From positions 4,036 through 68,035 of the forward strand of contig JBBQPY010000005.1 of NCBI GenBank assembly GCA_038216735.1: a stretch of 64,000 nt of DNA. Direction: 5' to 3'. A program made the position numbers and the translations under genes. The DNA is from Chthonomonadales bacterium (GTDB lineage: Bacteria > Armatimonadota > Chthonomonadetes > Chthonomonadales > Chthonomonadaceae). Shown here one piece after another: positions 8,929 to 19,400 of this stretch (positions are counted from its first letter, which is position 1; each line of letters begins with the position of its first letter). The notes under the pieces are model-generated. The model was not told where the DNA came from and ran no database searches. It saw nothing but the letters and a program-made list of their open reading frames with translations.

Positions 8929-9504
8929 TTATTTGCGGCGGCGAAGAACCATAACTCCGCCGATGCCACCGGTTAGCAGGAAGGCATACGCTGAAGGTTC
9001 GGGTGTCATAACAGCGCCAAGCGTTACGTCATCGATGACGATAAGCGAGGTACGGTTCGCCGCTGTGATCTGCTGGAAGGAAGTGATGTTCGCAAAGTCA
9101 GAGCCGAATGTCTTGATGCCAAGTGAAGCGAAAAAAGCTGTTTTGCCATTGGACGCGATATATTCTACCGGTGCGCCGCCCCCATTCAAGATATCGATGC
9201 TGAGTAGGTCGAAAGACGTTCCGCCCTTCGAGAAGGTGAACGACGTCCCGGATGGCGCGCTGTTGGGAGGACTGATCGCGTGGAAGTACGCGCCCGTGGT
9301 ACTTGCCGCGCCCGTGACGGTATCGAAGGTGGAGATCAGATCATTGGCGGCGAGGGTAATGCCGTGTTCGGTATAGGTGCTCAGGGTCTGACCGGTAGAT
9401 AGATCATTGAAATCCATGACTTGTGCGTGGGCAGGAGCAGACACGAGTAGAGCGGCGATTCCGAGCAGTGCAACGGAAACAACGGAAGCAATTCTGGCGG
9501 ACAT
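8929..9504 (-). CDS. Secreted PEP-CTERM sorting-domain protein.
   Basis: N-terminal signal peptide MSARIASVVSVALLGIAALLVSAPAHAQ. The C-terminus ...VMTPEPSAYAFLLTGGIGGVMVLRRRK has the PEP motif, a hydrophobic helix and a basic tail, which is the exosortase substrate signature. 191 aa. Confidence 0.7.
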   Translation of the reverse strand: MSARIASVVSVALLGIAALLVSAPAHAQVMDFNDLSTGQTLSTYTEHGITLAANDLISTFDTVTGAASTTGAYFHAISPPNSAPSGTSFTFSKGGTSFDLLSIDILNGGGAPVEYIASNGKTAFFASLGIKTFGSDFANITSFQQITAANRTSLIVIDDVTLGAVMTPEPSAYAFLLTGGIGGVMVLRRRK

Positions 9505-9878
9505 TGTGTGTTTGGCTCCTTGTGCAGTAACTGATTATTAAGCAAACGTGCAACAGGCGAACTGGGGCGTTTGCAGAACAGGAAGCGCTTACTGCCTTCG
9601 ACCTGAACATGTTGATTCCGTTGAATATTTATTGCATATTTCACGACCATTTGAATAAAATACACGCTGCTGCTGAATTATTTTCGTAAAAATGGCAATT
9701 GTTCCTGGTTTTCAGCAGCTGCGGTCAGCGCGGCGGGGTCGTTAGCAACAGTGACGGCACGGCAGAACCGGAAAGCATGCTGAAACCTATTTAAAGAAAG
9801 AAAACTGAGAACCCCTTGCTGAGGGCAAGGATATCGTTCCTCCCAGATTAAATCAGGGGCTTCTCCAGGTATGAAGAC

Positions 9879-11273
9879 ATGAGTGAACCGCTCGATGCGG
9901 GGGCGACGACCGAGATGCCGTCGACCTCTGCCACCAGCGCCGATGCGTCGGAGAGAACCGGACGCACCGACCACATGCAGCAGGATGAGATCGATGCTGC
10001 GATGGAAGCCATTCCCGGCAATCAGCGACAGTCCCTGTTTTACGCCCTGCGCTTTCGTAATTACAAACTCTATTTTTATGGGCAGCTCATCTCGGTCGCG
10101 GGCACCTGGATGCAGGACGTGGCGCAGAAATGGCTGGTGTGGGAGCTTACGAAGTCCTCGACATGGGTCGGTATCGTCTCGGCGGCAAACGCGATTCCCT
10201 ATGTGCTCTTCGCGATTTGGGGCGGCCATATCGCGGACCGATACTCGCGCCGGCTAATTCTGATCTGGACGCAGGCGGCGGCGATGGCGCTCGCGTTCGT
10301 ACTCGCGCTGCTGGCAACGAAATCCCTCTCTCCGATTCCTCTCGAGGCGTGGCACATCGTACTGATCTCCGGGCTGTCCGGCATCGTCAACGCCTTCAAT
10401 ATGCCCGCGCAGCAGGCGTTCGTCACCGACCTCGTCGAGGAGCGTGGCGCCCTCGGCAACGCGATCGCCCTCAATTCTCTGCGCTTCAACCTCGCCCGGA
10501 TTCTCGGACCGATGCTTGCGGGTATCGTGCTGGTCAAATTCGGCACGAGCGCTTGTTTCGCGCTGAATGGTGTGAGTTTCCTCGCCGTGATCGCCTCGCT
10601 GGCAATGCTCCGTCTGCCCGCTTTTGTGCGACAGGCAAGGACTGGCACTGTCTTCGACGGTTTCCTCTATATCGCCCACACACCGAGTGTGCTCCGCATC
10701 ATTCTTCTGATCGCAGCAGGCAGTATTCTCACCTGGCCACTCTCAACGCTCTTTCCAGAGTTCGCTGCGCTGTTCCATGTAGGAGAGCGCGGTTTCAGCG
10801 CGATGATGTCCGCCAACGGCATTGGAGCTGCAATCGCCGGGCTGATTCTCGCCTGGGCAGGAAGCCGGCTGTCGCGCCGAGTCGCCATCTACGGCGGCTC
10901 GATGCTGTTTTGCATCTCCCTGCTGTTTCTTGCTGTCGCGCAGCCTTTCTGGCTAATGCTGCTGCTGCTTGCCGTCAGCGGGTTCGCAATGATTCTTTTC
11001 GGGATCAGCTCGCAGACGAAGATTCAGGAGGAGGTGCCGGACGCGCTGCGCGGGCGCGTGATGGCGGTCTACTCGCTGGTCTTCAACGGGCTGTTTTCGG
11101 TGGGCGGGCTGGAGATCGGGTATCTCGCCGGTCGGCTAAACCCGATGGGAGCGGTGCATCTGAATGCGGCGATTTGCCTCGTACTGACGATCGCGATTCT
11201 GGCGTGGAGTCTTGTCGACAAACGCAAGTTGGAGGCGGAGGAGATGGCGGCGGGCGACGTACTCGCAAACTGA
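9879..11273 (+). CDS. MFS transporter (12-TM efflux-type, EntS/DHA3-like).
   Basis: Multiple hydrophobic helices: YFYGQLISVAGTWMQDVAQKWLVWELT, IPYVLFAIWGGHIADRYSRRLIL (MFS motif A-like G..ADR..RR), LSGIVNAFNMPAQQAF and others. High GC3 from 9879, but M33/M42 (9975/10002) are alternative starts. Confidence 0.7.
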   Translation: MSEPLDAGATTEMPSTSATSADASERTGRTDHMQQDEIDAAMEAIPGNQRQSLFYALRFRNYKLYFYGQLISVAGTWMQDVAQKWLVWELTKSSTWVGIVSAANAIPYVLFAIWGGHIADRYSRRLILIWTQAAAMALAFVLALLATKSLSPIPLEAWHIVLISGLSGIVNAFNMPAQQAFVTDLVEERGALGNAIALNSLRFNLARILGPMLAGIVLVKFGTSACFALNGVSFLAVIASLAMLRLPAFVRQARTGTVFDGFLYIAHTPSVLRIILLIAAGSILTWPLSTLFPEFAALFHVGERGFSAMMSANGIGAAIAGLILAWAGSRLSRRVAIYGGSMLFCISLLFLAVAQPFWLMLLLLAVSGFAMILFGISSQTKIQEEVPDALRGRVMAVYSLVFNGLFSVGGLEIGYLAGRLNPMGAVHLNAAICLVLTIAILAWSLVDKRKLEAEEMAAGDVLAN

Positions 11274-11305
11274 CGGCACCGATTCAATGCTGTACGAGCT
11301 GTACG

Positions 11306-11350
11306 AAAAGCCGCCAGTGGGAAGCCAGGCGGCTTTCCGGTTGCTGTTCG
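11306..11350 (+). terminator. Hairpin aaaagccgcc-N13-ggcggctttc followed by a T-rich tail, downstream of the MFS gene.
   Basis: Inverted repeat read directly; followed by cggttgctgttcg. Confidence 0.4.
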
Positions 11351-11526
11351 ACAATCGTTCAAGAGCACGAAGCGCTTTTCCGTCAGGGCGCTGCTTGCTG
11401 TGTCCGGTGTTGCAGAGCCGCCCTGTTAGCGCGGCGGCATTCTAGGTTGCGGAGGGTACGGAACCAGCAAACCCCTACCTGAGTGCTTCCGGTAAGTGCC
11501 ACCTCATCAGTAACTGGGGATTTCAG

Positions 11527-12639
11527 TTACTCGGTGGCTCCGGCTTGCTTCAGCATACGAAGAATTTTCTTTCTTTCCTGAACCAAATCTTCACGGTCTT
11601 CCTTGATAAGCGAACGCCCCCAGCTAGAAACGGATTTATCCGCCAGCATGAGCGCAGTTTGTCCTTTTTGGTTTTTCGTATTCGTACGTGGATGATATTT
11701 GAGGAGTGAGCGGACCAGTTTAGAACTCATATTTCGGCAGGCATCGATCAATGCTGTGTCGCCATTTTTATCCTGGGCTTCGATGTTAGCCCCATGCGCC
11801 ATCAGCATGGCGAGGTTCTCATCCGTATCCCTGTACGATCCGTCTCTGACTGATTCTACCGCACCCATCAGTGGCGTCACTCCATCCTTATCGGCGCCAT
11901 TCACCTGCGCTCCCCTTTCCAGTAGCCATTTGAGCGCCTGCGGCGAGGAGTAGGCGGAAGCTGTTTGTAATGCTGTTGCTCCGTATAAATTAGTGAGGTA
12001 AACATTCGCGCCTGCGTCCAGAAGGAGCTTGACCGATTGCTCGTCCCCGCCATACCCGGTCGCGACAAGCAATGGCGGCTCTTCCGCATCCGATATGCCA
12101 TTTTCCCTGCCATCTACGTTCGCCCCGTGCTGCAGCAGGAAACGAACCATCGCTTGCCTGGCAGGGTGAGCCTCCAAACCGTATAAAGTCAATGTCAGAA
12201 GACAGCGAGGCTTCCCGTTGATCGCTATTATAATTTTGGCGGAGGCTCCCGATTCGATCAGAAGGCGAACGATTCGAAAGCTGGATTCTCCTGATGCGGG
12301 TTGCGGACCGTCGGGAATGTAGTATTCCATGTAGTTTTGGAGGGTATATTGGATCGCATTGGGAGCAGTGTCCGACGCTGGCGTTGCTCCTCCGTGACGC
12401 AGTTGTCGCCAGACTACCTGCCAGAGACTTCCCGTTTGCTGTCGAAACCGCGCATTCGGATCGGCTCCCTGTTTCAACAGGATACGCACTTTCTCCACAT
12501 TCGTTTGTTTTATGGCAGCCATCAGCGCCTGGTTGAGCTTCTCCTGTCGCGCCATGCGCCCGATCAGCACACACGGCACAGCCGCCAGCAACAGCACACC
12601 TGCCAGCAAAACAGAACTTTTTACTTTTCGTTTCTTCAT
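11527..12639 (-). CDS. Ankyrin-repeat protein with N-terminal signal/anchor.
   Basis: MKKRKVKSSVLLAGVLLLAAVPCVLIG is followed by multiple ANK repeats: LLKQGADPNAR, LLIESGASAKI, LLQHGANVDGRENG, LLLDAGANVYLTNLYGATALQTASAYSSPQALKWLLERGAQVNGADKDGVTPLMGAV, LMAHGANIEAQDKNGDTALIDAC. A hairpin cagtaactggggatttcagttact lies at its stop. Confidence 0.75.
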   Translation of the reverse strand: MKKRKVKSSVLLAGVLLLAAVPCVLIGRMARQEKLNQALMAAIKQTNVEKVRILLKQGADPNARFRQQTGSLWQVVWRQLRHGGATPASDTAPNAIQYTLQNYMEYYIPDGPQPASGESSFRIVRLLIESGASAKIIIAINGKPRCLLTLTLYGLEAHPARQAMVRFLLQHGANVDGRENGISDAEEPPLLVATGYGGDEQSVKLLLDAGANVYLTNLYGATALQTASAYSSPQALKWLLERGAQVNGADKDGVTPLMGAVESVRDGSYRDTDENLAMLMAHGANIEAQDKNGDTALIDACRNMSSKLVRSLLKYHPRTNTKNQKGQTALMLADKSVSSWGRSLIKEDREDLVQERKKILRMLKQAGATE

Positions 12640-13690
12640 GCGTCCTCATTCTGCGGGAAAGGAACGATTCGTGCCTCGGCTTCCAACTCGTCAATCGTTG
12701 GCAGTTCGCTCGCAAGTGTATCCGGCAGAGAGCGTGTCAGTTCTGCGGTGATGTGCGTTGCCACCCCAATGGGACTGTCTACATTTCGCAAGGCGTATTC
12801 CGCTATCACATCGTTTTTTGTTTTGCACAGGATGTTGCCGACCGTCGGCGCGTCGCCCTCATTCCGCAGAAGGTCGTCTACTGCGGACAGGTAGAAGTTC
12901 ATTTTCCCGGTATACTCCGGCTCGAACGCCCGCATTTTCAAGTCGATGACGATAAACCGCCGCAACTTGATATGATAGAACAACAGGTCAATGAAGAATT
13001 CTTGTCCACCAACCGTCAGCGGGTACTGGCTGCCCAGGAACGCAAACCCGCACCCAGTTCGAGCGGAAACTCTCGAATGTGCGTGACAAGCCCGCGTTCC
13101 AGATGACGCTCGTAGGCGTCGTCGCCAAGCGTCAAAAAATCGAAGTTGTAAGGGTCTTTGAGAGTCTGCTGAACCAGATCGGACTCCGGTGGAGGAAGCG
13201 TCCGCGTGAAGTTCGTGACTGCTTTTCCCTGCCGCTCCCGTAGTCGCGACTCGATCTAATGTTCTAGCGCGGCGCGGCTCCAGCCGTGTTCGATAGCCTG
13301 CTGCGCGTACCAGAGACGCGCTTGCGGGTCGGTCAATCGGTCTAACAAACGGATATTATGACCCCAGGGAATTTGTCCAACAACCTGTTGGACAATTGCG
13401 TTTTCGGACCACGCCTCGGCAAACGCGCGCATATACAGCAGGTTGGTTCGGGAAAGCCCCTGCATTTCGGGAAACGCCGCTTTCAGGTCGCGGGCGAGTC
13501 GTTCGATTACCTTCGCGCCTCAGCCTTCGCTCTGCTGACGAAGGAGAATATCCTGCCCTATCTGCCAGTAGAGCAGTATCAACTCCCGATTGACAGCAAG
13601 CGCCGCTCACGCCTGCGCGGAGCAAACACGCTTTTTGATTTCTTTGAGAAAGTCGTATAGCCGCTCGGTTCGAGGTCGCTCATCCCTGCC
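12636..13690 (-). pseudogene. Disrupted YhcG-like PDDEXK nuclease (DUF1016) with frameshifts and in-frame TGA codons.
   Basis: The C-terminal piece (12636-12983) reads LRRFIVIDLK..EPEYTGKMNFYLSAVDDLLR..NILCKTKNDVIAEYALRNVDSPIGVATH. The middle (12990-13250) reads LRERQGKAVTNFTRTLPPPESDLVQQTLKDPYNFDFLTLGDDAYERHLERGLVTHI and is split over two frames. The N-terminal piece (13256-13680) reads LKEIKKRVCSAQA*AALAVNRELILLYWQIGQDILLRQQSEG*GAKVIERLARDLKAAFPEMQGLSRTNLLYMRAFAEAW, with two in-frame TGA codons. All match the recalled DUF1016 consensus. Confidence 0.7.
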
Positions 13691-14098
13691 AACTCTCCAT
13701 AATCTGGCGTTGCAATCCTTCGGTCTCCTGATATGCTCTCATTACTCCTGAGAAGGGTCTGCTCAGTTTTCATTTTCCATTGCCGCGTGCCGCCCGCAAA
13801 AAGTCGATTCGGTTCGTCCAATCATGAGCCTCATTCGCTGCCCGCCGGACTCCTGCTTAATTCACCTTACGCACCAGGCGTTTTCCGGATATCCGTGTAC
13901 TAAAAGTACCCGGTTTACGTTTGCACTTTGTTGCCGGGTGCATAAGGTGAATGAATAAGATATTTCGCCATGTTTTCTCCCCAGTTTTCTTCCCCTAGAA
14001 TAACTATTTTTTGCACTTCCCCGCCAGTGTAAAATTTTCCGCTATTGTTATAGGAACAACCAGTCAAAATCGGACTTCGAAATAGTAGCGATTCGACT

Positions 14099-14650
14099 TT
14101 ACGGAGTTGCTCGGGCTACGGAATAGAGATCGTGGGCAATCCCATCAAATTCGGTAGCCTTCTCATAGTGCATGCCGTTCTTCTGCGCCACACGGATCGA
14201 GGCGATATTGCCCGGAACGATGGTCGAGATCAGACGGGGGAAATTGTAGTGTTCGAAGCCCCACGTCTTGAGGCCGCGCGCCGCTTCCGTTGCCAATCCC
14301 TGGTTCCAGTAAGGCCGAGCGATCATGTAGGCGATTTCCAACTCTGCTTTGCCGTCCACTTCCTGAGGAAGCATCCCGCACCGACCGACGAAGCGGCCCT
14401 CCGATTTCAAGATCGTGGCCCAGAAAGCCGGACCACATCCGCCTGTCGTGATATTGCGTTCGTACTGATCAAGACACCACTTCACTTCGTCTTCTGCACC
14501 AGCCCGGTCACGCGGCCCACCAAAGAAACACATCGTATCCGGATCAGCATAGAGACGCGCCAGGTTGTCAATATCCTCGTGGCTGAAGCGGCGTAGCAGC
14601 AAACGGTCTGTTTCTAAGACAATCATAGTTTTATGCCATCCTCTATCCAT
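14099..14650 (-). CDS. GNAT family N-acetyltransferase (RimJ/RimL-like, Acetyltransf_3).
   Basis: MIVLETDRLLLRRFSHEDIDNLARLYADPD...EIAYMIARPYWNQGLATEAARGLKTWGFEHYNFPRLISTIVPGNIASIRVAQKNGM shows the typical RimL-like N-terminus and acetyl-CoA-binding core. The start is probably the internal M9. Confidence 0.7.
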   Translation of the reverse strand: MDRGWHKTMIVLETDRLLLRRFSHEDIDNLARLYADPDTMCFFGGPRDRAGAEDEVKWCLDQYERNITTGGCGPAFWATILKSEGRFVGRCGMLPQEVDGKAELEIAYMIARPYWNQGLATEAARGLKTWGFEHYNFPRLISTIVPGNIASIRVAQKNGMHYEKATEFDGIAHDLYSVARATP

Positions 14651-14895
14651 CGTATAATTCTGCGAATGTCGGAGTATACTCTATTCCGACGCGCTCGATA
14701 GATCTACTGATGACGATATAGTCGACTATTTCTGCTTCTCACCGTAACGTCCGCAGGTATCTGCCGCCACCGCGTCCAACACTAACTCTGTTCGACATAC
14801 GGCTGCCGGACAAACCGCTCCGTCGTTCTACTACCCGTTCCACTCATCGTTCTCACAATGCCGCTGAAAACAACCATTTTCGAGGAGATTTCGAT

Positions 14896-16698
14896 ATGCC
14901 CCTCAATGTCACGCCCCCGACGAACCGACTGCGCGGCACGCTCCCTAAAATCGGCATACGCCCGACCATCGACGGTCGCTACGGCGGCGTGCGCGAAAGC
15001 CTCGAAGGGCAGGTGATGGCGATGGCGCAGTCGACCGCCGCTTTCCTGACAGCAAATATGCGCCACGCCTGCGGGTTGCCCGTCGAAGTTGTGATCGCCG
15101 ACACCTGCATCGGCGGAGTCTCCGAGTCCGCCCAATGCGCTGAGAAGTTCGCCCGCGAAGGCGTCGGCGTCTCCCTCACGGTGACGCCCTGCTGGTGCTA
15201 CGGCTCAGAAACAATGGATATGGACCCGACGATTCCGAAAGCCGTCTGGGGTTTCAATGGCACTGAGCGACCTGGCGCAGTGTATCTCGCCGCCACTCTC
15301 GCCGGACACGCGCAGAAAGGTTTACCCGCCTTCGGTATCTATGGGCAGGACGTGCAGGACGGAGGCGATACCTCCATTCCCGCCGATGTGCAGTACAAAC
15401 TGCTAACCTTCGCCCGCGCCGGTCTCGCCGCCGCGACTCTCAAAGGCACGTCCTATCTCGCAATGGGCGGCACATCGATGGGGATTGCGGGCTCGATCAT
15501 CGATCAGGATTTCTTTCAGTCCTACCTCGGTATGCGCTCTGAAACTGTCGATATGGTCGAATTCGTTCGGCGCATCGACGAAAACATTTTCGATCCGGTG
15601 GAGTATGAACGCGCGCTGAACTGGGTGCGTGAAAACTGCAAAGAGGGCGCCGATCTGAACCCCGCTTCGGCACAGCGTACGCGAGAAGAAAAAGACCTCG
15701 ACTGGCAGTTCTGCGTCAAAATGGCGATCATCGCCCGTGACCTGATGGTCGGCAATCCGCGCCTCACCGAACTGGGCTTTCGCGAAGAGGCGGAAGGTCA
15801 CAACGCGATCGCGGGAGGCTTTCAGGGACAGCGGCACTGGACGGACCATTTCCCGAACGGCGACTTTCTCGAAGCGATCCTGACGACTTCGTTCGACTGG
15901 ACCGGGATTCGTCAGCCGTACATGGTCGCCACCGAAAACGACGCTCTGAACGGCGTCTCGATGCTGTTCGGGCATCTGCTCACCGGAACGACACAGCTTT
16001 TCGCCGATGTTCGCACCTACTGGAGCCCCGACGCCGTGCAGCGCGTTACCGGACATACGCTCGAAGGGGCGGCCGCAGGCGGCATCATTCACCTCACCAA
16101 CTCGGGACCTGCGGCGCTCGACTGGACCGGCGAAATGCGCATCGACGGCAAACCTGCACTGAAGCCCTACCAGGACATCACGACGGAAGAAGCTGACGCC
16201 TGCCTCGCGGCGACGAAATGGTGCCCCGGCATCCGCGAGTATTTCCGGGGCAGCGGTTACTCTACCGACTTTACGACGAAGGGCGAAATGAAGGTCACGA
16301 TGTGCCGCCTCAACCTCGTCAAAGGGCTCGGTCCGGTGCTGCAGATCGCCGAAGGTGTTACGGTCGATCTTCCTGCTCACGTCCACGACACGCTCGATGC
16401 CCGTACAAATCCGTCCTGGCCCACGACCTGGTTCGTGCCAAACCTGACAGGGCAGGGCGCATTCGCCGATGTCTACTCGGTGATGAACAACTGGGGCGCC
16501 AATCACGGCTCGATCTGCTATGGACATATCGGCAGCGACCTGATCGCGCTCGCCGCGATACTTCGTATCCCCATCGATATGCACAACGTTCCGGCGGAGC
16601 GTATCTTCCGCCCGAGTGTCTGGTCGCGTTTCGGGCACGGCATGGAACCGCAAGCGGCGGATTATCGAGCCTGCGCCGCCTATGGACCACTCTACTAG
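14896..16698 (+). CDS. fucI: L-fucose isomerase.
   Basis: Near-collinear similarity to recalled E. coli FucI over the full length: [166 protein letters not shown] upstream. 600 aa. Confidence 0.92.
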   Translation: MPLNVTPPTNRLRGTLPKIGIRPTIDGRYGGVRESLEGQVMAMAQSTAAFLTANMRHACGLPVEVVIADTCIGGVSESAQCAEKFAREGVGVSLTVTPCWCYGSETMDMDPTIPKAVWGFNGTERPGAVYLAATLAGHAQKGLPAFGIYGQDVQDGGDTSIPADVQYKLLTFARAGLAAATLKGTSYLAMGGTSMGIAGSIIDQDFFQSYLGMRSETVDMVEFVRRIDENIFDPVEYERALNWVRENCKEGADLNPASAQRTREEKDLDWQFCVKMAIIARDLMVGNPRLTELGFREEAEGHNAIAGGFQGQRHWTDHFPNGDFLEAILTTSFDWTGIRQPYMVATENDALNGVSMLFGHLLTGTTQLFADVRTYWSPDAVQRVTGHTLEGAAAGGIIHLTNSGPAALDWTGEMRIDGKPALKPYQDITTEEADACLAATKWCPGIREYFRGSGYSTDFTTKGEMKVTMCRLNLVKGLGPVLQIAEGVTVDLPAHVHDTLDARTNPSWPTTWFVPNLTGQGAFADVYSVMNNWGANHGSICYGHIGSDLIALAAILRIPIDMHNVPAERIFRPSVWSRFGHGMEPQAADYRACAAYGPLY

Positions 16699-17017
16699 AC
16701 CTTACCGTGAAGTGTCTAGAAGTAGTGCCTGGATTTGCGCGTCCGGAGGACACCTGACGCGCAGCGGCACTCAGATGGATGTTTTCAATAACCGTTCTTG
16801 CTCTCCGATCCCATTCGTGCAACTTCGGGAGAGTTCAGAAACAGCAATACGTGTGCGTCAGGGAATAGTTACGAAGATTATTCGAAACAGGCAGGAGGAG
16901 CGCGAGTCGAAACCGAATTGTTAAGACAGACACGCATCGAGGTTGGTCTGCCGGACTGCCGGGCAGCGTGAATACGGGCGCATCGACGTCCGAAACTCAG
17001 GAGGCAAGAGAGCCACT

Positions 17018-18061
17018 ATGGCAGTCAAAGATAAAATTCGCGTCGGGCTGATCGGCTGCGGCGGTATTTCCGGGGCGCACTTGCCCCACCTTTCTAAATC
17101 GGAAGATGTCGAACTCGTCGCGTTCTGCGATGTCGTCGTCGAGCGCGCACAGAAAAAAGCCGCCGAATTCGGCGGAGAAGTCTTCGACGATGCCGCGACG
17201 ATGCTCAAAAATACGCAGCTAGATGCCGCGTACATTTTGATCCCGACCTACGCGCACGGCGCGCCGGAACGCGCCTGCATCGCCGCCGGTATCCCGTTTC
17301 TCGTCGAAAAGCCGCTCGGTATCGACCCGGAAGACCTGCGCAAACTCTCCAAAGAGGTTGTAGACTCCGGCGTGATCACAGCAGCCGGCTTCATGAACCG
17401 CTACCGCAAGTCGATCAACCGTGTCAAAGACCTGCTGCAAAAAGACCCTGCGATTCTGCTCGATGGCGCCTGGGTGGGCGGACCGCCGCTCGTCAAAGAC
17501 GGCGACTATTTCGCGAACAATCCGATCGGGCAGTGGTGGCCCGTGAAAGAGCGCAGCGGCGGGCAGTTCGTCGAGCAGGTGATTCATACCGTCGATATCG
17601 CTCGCTACCTCGCCGGGGAAGTGGTCGAGGTCTATGCTTATGGCACGACGAGCTTCAACAAAAAACTGCCGAATATCATTCCACAATACAATCTCGACGA
17701 TGCGATGGTCGTCGCTATGAAATTCGAAAGCGGCGCGATTGGCAACATCATGTCCTGCTGTGCGGCGCAGGCGGGCGGCGGCGTCTTCCTGAATGTTTGG
17801 GCGGGCGGTCATTCTGCGAAATTCACCGACTGGGCGCATCACGTTCAGATCCAGCGCGCGGGCGAGCCGGGCACAGAAGATATCAAGGGCGACCTCGACG
17901 ATATTTTCCCGCAGGAAGACCGCGCCTTCATCGATGCCGTCAAATCGGGCGATCGGTCGAAAATCAAGTGCGATCATGCGGATGGGGTACGTACGACACT
18001 GCTCGCTCTGGCGGCCAATGAGAGCCTTGAAACGGGCAAGCCGGTCAAGGTACAGTACTGA
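17018..18061 (+). CDS. Gfo/Idh/MocA-family NAD(P)-dependent oxidoreductase.
   Basis: MAVKDKIRVGLIGCGGISGAHL (Rossmann GxGxxG) ...VELVAFCDVVVERAQKKAAEFG...AAYILIPTYAHGAPERACIAAGIPFLVEKPLG...EKP motif. RBS AGGAGG about 13 nt upstream of the ATG at 17018. The six-frame ORF begins at 16943. Confidence 0.8.
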   Translation: MAVKDKIRVGLIGCGGISGAHLPHLSKSEDVELVAFCDVVVERAQKKAAEFGGEVFDDAATMLKNTQLDAAYILIPTYAHGAPERACIAAGIPFLVEKPLGIDPEDLRKLSKEVVDSGVITAAGFMNRYRKSINRVKDLLQKDPAILLDGAWVGGPPLVKDGDYFANNPIGQWWPVKERSGGQFVEQVIHTVDIARYLAGEVVEVYAYGTTSFNKKLPNIIPQYNLDDAMVVAMKFESGAIGNIMSCCAAQAGGGVFLNVWAGGHSAKFTDWAHHVQIQRAGEPGTEDIKGDLDDIFPQEDRAFIDAVKSGDRSKIKCDHADGVRTTLLALAANESLETGKPVKVQY

Positions 18062-18087
18062 AGCGAAGATCCGGAGTGAACAAAACG

Positions 18088-18118
18088 GGCGTCGCGCAGA
18101 GATTCTGCGCGACGCCCG
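18088..18118 (+). terminator. Hairpin gggcgtcgcgcag-agatt-ctgcgcgacgccc downstream of the oxidoreductase gene.
   Basis: A 13-bp perfect stem 27 nt after the TGA at 18061. A second hairpin gtacggg..cccgtac lies at 18142-18167, in the convergent spacer. Confidence 0.45.
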
Positions 18119-18256
18119 TATAAATACGCCTCTTTAGCTTGGTACGGGAGGCAAGCGGTGCCCGTACCAATCCCTGATATCCAGCTGCGCACAGACTAGA
18201 AGGCGCGAAGTTAACAGCGCTCTTATCAACGCGCGTGCTTCTGAGTTAGCCAACGC

Positions 18257-18928
18257 TTAATGCGAACTCAGATGAGGTGGCTGGACGTTCGGCGTCGGGG
18301 TATTATCGCGCCACTCTTTCGCCTGCAGCGATGCATAGTGCGCTGCCTCGCGCGCCTGCTGGAGGACTTCATCACTTACAGAGAACTGCTCGACTTCCTC
18401 TTCCTCATCGACGATCCGATGGGCATAGAGGCAGCCGACGAGTGAGGTGATGCCGGTTCCGCAGAGCACGATCGACTGCCAGGAACCATGCCACGCATAG
18501 TTGATGACGCCGAGACCGATAAAGTAGAGCGCGGCTGCGCCGAAGTAGCAGCGTCGCGCCCATACCGTGCCGGGGTGCACACTTTCTGCAACTGCCGCCG
18601 TCATCGACAAACCCGCTACGAGAAGCAGACCTATCGGTCGCAGAATGTCGACAAAATCATAGTCGAGCAGTCGCGGCAGATGCACATGATCAAGTCGTAC
18701 GACATCGCGGAGCGCAAGGAATGCAACGCCGTAACAGAGCACGATCATCAGTATGTGACGAAGACGCGGGTGCAGAAGTACGGAGAGGATGAGCAGTGTC
18801 GCAAGCGGCAGCAGTGTTTCGCGGCCCTTCACCCAGTTCGTGAAAAATGGCTCGAGAACGACTGCCAAAAGCGCGATCAACGCAGGGACGACCATGAGAA
18901 ATGGCAAATATATTTTTTGTCGTTTCAT
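18257..18928 (-). CDS. Hypothetical polytopic membrane protein.
   Basis: MKRQKIYLPFLMVVPALIALLAVVLEPFF plus four or more further hydrophobic helices, and an acidic C-terminal tail (VDEEEEVEQF). RBS AGGAGG immediately upstream of the ATG at 18926-18928. No recognised family. Confidence 0.5.
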   Translation of the reverse strand: MKRQKIYLPFLMVVPALIALLAVVLEPFFTNWVKGRETLLPLATLLILSVLLHPRLRHILMIVLCYGVAFLALRDVVRLDHVHLPRLLDYDFVDILRPIGLLLVAGLSMTAAVAESVHPGTVWARRCYFGAAALYFIGLGVINYAWHGSWQSIVLCGTGITSLVGCLYAHRIVDEEEEVEQFSVSDEVLQQAREAAHYASLQAKEWRDNTPTPNVQPPHLSSH

Positions 18929-19400
18929 GATCCTCCTGGAGTAGCAACGAAAGCAGTCGCAGCAAAAGACAGAGTCGAGACGAGAGAATCGCATCAATAG
19001 CCAGCGCATTTATCCGATGTCCTATGCCACTGGTTGTTTCGAGCTATGCAACCCAATGCGCCACATACTGCATATTATACCAATTCGGAAATTGCCTGTC
19101 AAGCAGGAATCAGATGGAGAGATAGCAAACTGGTATTTTATGCTGCAATCTGTATACCTGCCTTAGATGTGATTGAATATCGATCAGGGACTTCTACAGG
19201 CTGAAATTGCATCTTTCACTTTTCATCACTGTATTGCGTAATACTCGCATTCAAAACACGCAAGTTCATGCGCGGCAGCCTAATTTGCGAAGAAATCGAT
19301 CTGGATCACTATGGCACCACTATGCGTTCGCCTTCACCGCGCATTCCTTCCGTCCCGTTCGCGGCGTCACAGTTCGTTCTCGACAGCGCTGGCAACATTC

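Noticed and set aside
13256-13690. Two in-frame TGA codons inside a conserved DUF1016 gene could indicate UGA recoding.
   Set aside because: Many well-supported genes in the window terminate at TGA (e.g. GH78 at 1345-1347, several others). The same gene also carries frameshifts. It is ordinary pseudogenisation.
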